Shown here: positions 60,844 through 64,000 of the stretch, piece by piece
Layout: each line of letters begins with the position of its first letter
Position numbering within the stretch: the stretch's first letter is position 1
Assembly: GCA_028718605.1 (NCBI GenBank)
Contig: JAQULM010000003.1
Location: forward strand, 80,971-144,970
Source: Patescibacteria group bacterium
GTDB taxonomy: Bacteria > Patescibacteriota > Patescibacteriia > UBA10025 > JAHIVO01
Reading direction: 5' to 3'
DNA: 64,000 nt
The notes under the pieces: model-generated
What the model was told of the DNA's origin: nothing
Database searches by the model: none
Seen by the model: only the letters and a program-made list of their open reading frames with translations
Program-made: the position numbers and the translations under genes

Positions 60844-61290
60844 CTAAGATTTGACTAACTCTCGTAACCTGTCTATAAAAGCTTTTTCCCACATTTTAAG
60901 CGCATACCAGTCATATAACGGCTTGGCGATGAACGCAAAAAACCTATTCCGTATGTGCAACTGGTAACGGTAGTTAATTTTTGTGCCTTCCGGGACTTCC
61001 TCCAATAATAATTCTTCATGCCCCGTATGCCCCAAGGTATCATTCTGATTTTCCGAAATATAGCCCCTGCCTGGCAACAATCTCGTTTTCATTTTCACGG
61101 GAATCACCATGCCAAAAGACTTTGCTTTTGCATCAATATATAGTGTGTCCCCCTCCCGCTTTGTGATTTTGAGGGAATACGCAACCTTCGGAAAACGCTC
61201 AGGCATTTTTTCAAAATCGCTGACGATCCGGTATATTTTTTCTTTTGGAGCTTGCAGTATCCAGCTGCCTTTGAGTTCGATCTGTTTCAT
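60844..61290 (-). CDS. putative SRPBCC (START/polyketide-cyclase-like) family protein
   Basis: 148 aa. The pattern of beta-rich segments and a C-terminal helix is consistent with SRPBCC. No hard motif. Confidence 0.35.
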   Translation of the reverse strand: MKQIELKGSWILQAPKEKIYRIVSDFEKMPERFPKVAYSLKITKREGDTLYIDAKAKSFGMVIPVKMKTRLLPGRGYISENQNDTLGHTGHEELLLEEVPEGTKINYRYQLHIRNRFFAFIAKPLYDWYALKMWEKAFIDRLRELVKS

Positions 61291-61469
61291 TTATTTTTTA
61301 ACTCAATGGTTAAACCAATGAATGAGAATTATATTAGTAAATTCTTTGGTTGGGTGTCCATAAACGTGATGAGTTATTCGGTGCGATCGCATCGGAGGCA
61401 GGTGCATTGTTTTACAAATGAATGTAACGATTACCTTTTTACCGATCCGATTCCGCGCCGCCCCTCCAC

Positions 61470-61640
61470 CGTCATCCTGAGCGAAACGAAGTGGAGTCGA
61501 AGGATCCCCTAGTAAAAAGTACCGAGATTCTTCGCCCCTGCCTATGGCCAGGGGCTCAGAATGACAAAGTAAGGGGTGATAAGTAACGGGGCGGCGCTTC
61601 CCTTCGACTCCACCCTTTCGGGCTCCGCTCAGGGCATGCT
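61470..61640. repeat. ~170-nt element bounded by ~30-nt imperfect terminal inverted repeats (MITE-like or structured RNA)
   Basis: Left arm CTGAGCGAAACGAAGTGGAGTCGAAGG. The reverse complement of the right arm reads CTGAGCGGAGCCCGAAAGGGTGGAGTCGAAGG. An internal hairpin GCCCCUG...CAGGGGC is present. Confidence 0.3.
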
Positions 61641-61673
61641 TTTCTGTGCGTAAAGAAAAGTGGACGAAACACG

Positions 61674-62354
61674 TTACTTTTTCCCGATAACTACCACGTA
61701 CTCCCCCCGCGGTTCTTCACCGAGAATTTTCTGCGCCACATCGGACAACGTCCCCGCATAGAGCGTTTCGAACTTCTTGGTGAGTTCCCGGCACACCACT
61801 ACCTGCCGGTCGGGCGCGCACCGTTCCTGCAACTGCTCCATCGCTTTTTTAATGCGGTAGGGCGATTCGTAAAAAATCACGGTGCGCTTGCACGCCGCGA
61901 CCTCGTCGAACAATTTATTCCTCCCCTTCTTGTGCGGCAGGAACCCGAGGAATAGGAACTCATCAGTAGGCAGCCCGGCAACCGACGCTGCTGCCGTCAG
62001 CGCGGACGCGCCAGGGATCGGGCTTATAGTAACGCCATCCCCGAACTCCTCGCGTACTCTTCGTACTAACCGACCGCCCGGATCGGAAATCGTGGGGGTG
62101 CCGCTGTCACTGACCAGTGCCAATGATTTGCCCTGGCGGAGCAGGCCAAATATCGCTTCCGTTTTTTCTTCGTTTGAATGCTGGTGGTAGCTCTGCAGCG
62201 GCTTCTTGATGTTGAAATGGTTGAGGAGCTGGAGCGTGTGCCTGGTGTCCTCGCACAGGATAACGTCAACAGCACCCAATACGCGCAATGCGCGCTGGGT
62301 CATGTCTTCCAGGTTGCCGATCGGCGTTGCGACGATGTACAGTGTGGCTGCCAT
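61674..62354 (-). CDS. rsmI: 16S rRNA (cytidine1402-2'-O)-methyltransferase RsmI
   Basis: LYIVATPIGNLEDMTQRALRVL...ILCEDTRHT. The start was chosen at MAATLYIV. Confidence 0.85.
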   Translation of the reverse strand: MAATLYIVATPIGNLEDMTQRALRVLGAVDVILCEDTRHTLQLLNHFNIKKPLQSYHQHSNEEKTEAIFGLLRQGKSLALVSDSGTPTISDPGGRLVRRVREEFGDGVTISPIPGASALTAAASVAGLPTDEFLFLGFLPHKKGRNKLFDEVAACKRTVIFYESPYRIKKAMEQLQERCAPDRQVVVCRELTKKFETLYAGTLSDVAQKILGEEPRGEYVVVIGKK

Positions 62355-62444
62355 ATCTGGATTATACCACGCTGCGGGAATATGGGGAGAGAACAACCTG
62401 CGTATGCATACCCGAACAAACATATCGCGTTCCTCAATAGTACC

Positions 62445-62473
62445 TTGACCGGGTAACACAATGCGGCTATACT
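62445..62473 (+). promoter_or_regulatory. promoter TTGACC-17-TATACT for rpsU
   Basis: TTGACC at 62445-62450 and TATACT at 62468-62473. Confidence 0.45.
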
Positions 62474-62518
62474 CATCCAATAACATCGTTCACGTTTTAA
62501 CAAAAGGGAGAGTGGCAC

Positions 62519-62851
62519 ATGTACCACCAGTTCGGTGCAGGTCCATCCTATTCCAGCATCTTTCGAGGGTATTCCTCCATATATGTAGCGTACCGGCAGC
62601 CTCCGCCGATCAGGTCTCGGCGACCGGCACATGTATGCGTCAGGGTGCGCGATGACGAAACGCTCGATAAGGCGCTGCGCCGCTTCACCAGGGAGTGCGA
62701 GAAGGAAGGCCTCTTCGGCGAAATGAGGCGCCACCGGCAGTACATCTCGCCATCGGACGAACGCAAGTACCGGAAACGGCGCAACGAACGGCGCCGCCGG
62801 AAAGAGGCGCGCCTCGCCGAACAGGGGCAGCCATCAGGATGGGCCGTATGA
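62519..62851 (+). CDS. rpsU: 30S ribosomal protein S21 with a ~38-aa N-terminal extension
   Basis: VRVRDDETLDKALRRFTRECEKEGLFGEMRRHRQYISPSDERKYRKRR matches S21. AAGGGAG RBS before the ATG at 62519. A terminator lies at 62858-62905. Confidence 0.6.
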   Translation: MYHQFGAGPSYSSIFRGYSSIYVAYRQPPPIRSRRPAHVCVRVRDDETLDKALRRFTRECEKEGLFGEMRRHRQYISPSDERKYRKRRNERRRRKEARLAEQGQPSGWAV

Positions 62852-62925
62852 AACAACAACAGGGCAGGGCCAGGAATTGGCACTGCCTTGTTTTTATTAT
62901 TTGAAAAAAAGATGGAAGCGCGCGG

Positions 62926-63984
62926 TTACGGTTCCAGCGTATTGTGCTCCTCTTCCTTCAGCGCCATAAAATCTTCCGCAAACGCCTTGATAATAAGCGC
63001 GAATGGCACGGCGAGCATGATACCAACAACTCCGGCAAGTTTCGCGCCAACCAGCATCACGATAATCACGACCAGCGGATTCAGGCCGACTGTCTTTTCC
63101 ATTACTTTCGGGACTAAGAGATGGTTTTCAAGCTGTTGGATAACGACGTACCAGGCAATGACGAGCACTGCTTTGAGGAAGCTGCCTGCAGTGAGGGCGA
63201 TAAACACGGCGGGTACCGCACCGAGGAACGGGCCAAGGTACGGAATAAACTCAGTCAAGCCTGCCCATAAACCGAGAACCAGCGAAAACTTGACGCCCAG
63301 GATCCGCAGCCCAATAAACGCGAGCACGCCGATAATCAAGCACAGTATGAGCTGCCCGCGGAGCCACAAACGCAACCGCTCCTGCGCGCGGTTCATGAGC
63401 TGGAACACGTACGGCTGGTACTTCGCCGGCGTCAATGAACGGATAAATTTCTTGAGGGCGTTTTCCTCCAGCAACATATAGAATGTGATGACGACAATGC
63501 CGATAAAGGAAAGGAAGCCGCCAAACACGCTCGCAACCGCATTAAATACGCCTGCGGTTGTTTGGCCCATATTTGCCTGCAGTGACTGGAGCGCCGCCTG
63601 CAGATTATTAAGCAAACCCTGCTGCATGGAATATTCGCGGAACCGCGTAAAATCCGCGAGAATCCTATTGTAATATACGGGAAAATTCTTGGTAATTTCG
63701 CTGATTTCATTCGCGATCGGAGGTATCATCAGCACCAGGACGATGATAAACGAACCGAAAAAAGCAAGGTAGATAAAAGCGGTCGCAAGAATGCGCGGAA
63801 CCCGCCGGCGCTGCAGGGCGTTGATCCACGGATTGAGCGCGGTTGCGATGATGATGGACACGATCAGAATCAGGACGACGTCCCGTAAAAGGTACAACAG
63901 CGCCAACAGGCCGGCGATCAAAATCACCTTCAAGATCGTCTTGGTCGAAATATTTATTGTCAGCTGGCGACCGCTTGGTTCCAT
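62926..63984 (-). CDS. AI-2E family transporter (PerM/YdiK/TqsA-like)
   Basis: 352 aa with eight TM helices and the typical UPF0118 topology. Confidence 0.75.
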   Translation of the reverse strand: MEPSGRQLTINISTKTILKVILIAGLLALLYLLRDVVLILIVSIIIATALNPWINALQRRRVPRILATAFIYLAFFGSFIIVLVLMIPPIANEISEITKNFPVYYNRILADFTRFREYSMQQGLLNNLQAALQSLQANMGQTTAGVFNAVASVFGGFLSFIGIVVITFYMLLEENALKKFIRSLTPAKYQPYVFQLMNRAQERLRLWLRGQLILCLIIGVLAFIGLRILGVKFSLVLGLWAGLTEFIPYLGPFLGAVPAVFIALTAGSFLKAVLVIAWYVVIQQLENHLLVPKVMEKTVGLNPLVVIIVMLVGAKLAGVVGIMLAVPFALIIKAFAEDFMALKEEEHNTLEP

Positions 63985-64000
63985 AAAACTTTAAAACTAT

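Overview
This 64 kb window comes from a moderately GC-rich, compact bacterial chromosome (possibly a reduced-genome lineage), with most genes on the minus strand. Housekeeping content: the 3' end of dnaE, a T-box-controlled thrS, miaB, miaA, hpf, gatB, an RpoD-like sigma factor, and a long minus-strand operon secE-nusG-rplK-[membrane protein]-rplA-dCMP deaminase-dut-thyA-folA-tmk-sigma. Further along are gyrB, pheS-[EgtD-like methyltransferase]-pheT, a DUF721/DciA-like gene, an M23 peptidase, a UvrD/PcrA helicase fused to a RecB-like nuclease, the complete F1Fo ATP synthase operon (atpZ-BEFHAGDC), an HD-domain protein, rmuC, an anti-sigma (zf-HC2) gene, two tandem tatD paralogs, cvpA, metG, rsmI, rpsU and an AI-2E transporter. 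Patches that look accessory or horizontally acquired: an AT-rich EgtD-like methyltransferase inside the pheST operon; a 2H phosphoesterase / PP2C / disrupted-ORF cluster (28.8-31.7 kb); a beta-carbonic-anhydrase-like pair (37-39 kb); and a mobile/defence-like island (55.7-61.6 kb). That island holds an IS200/RAYT-like HUH transposase, three copies of a 27-nt repeat, an AT-rich AlbA_2/Schlafen-like gene overlapping a 4-TM membrane gene, and a ~170-nt element with ~30-nt terminal inverted repeats. Non-coding signals: a T-box leader with an apical ACC specifier loop; a ~500-nt structured region bounded by convergent terminators (6.35-6.89 kb); a stand-alone plus-strand sRNA-like unit (54.58-54.84 kb); a Cys-rich small gene with a strong RBS antisense inside the atpH-atpA gap; and a recurring extended -10 TGnTACAAT placed 4-10 nt before start codons, which implies leaderless mRNAs. 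No tRNA, rRNA or CRISPR array was found. All function calls rest on motifs read by eye from the translations. No database search was run.
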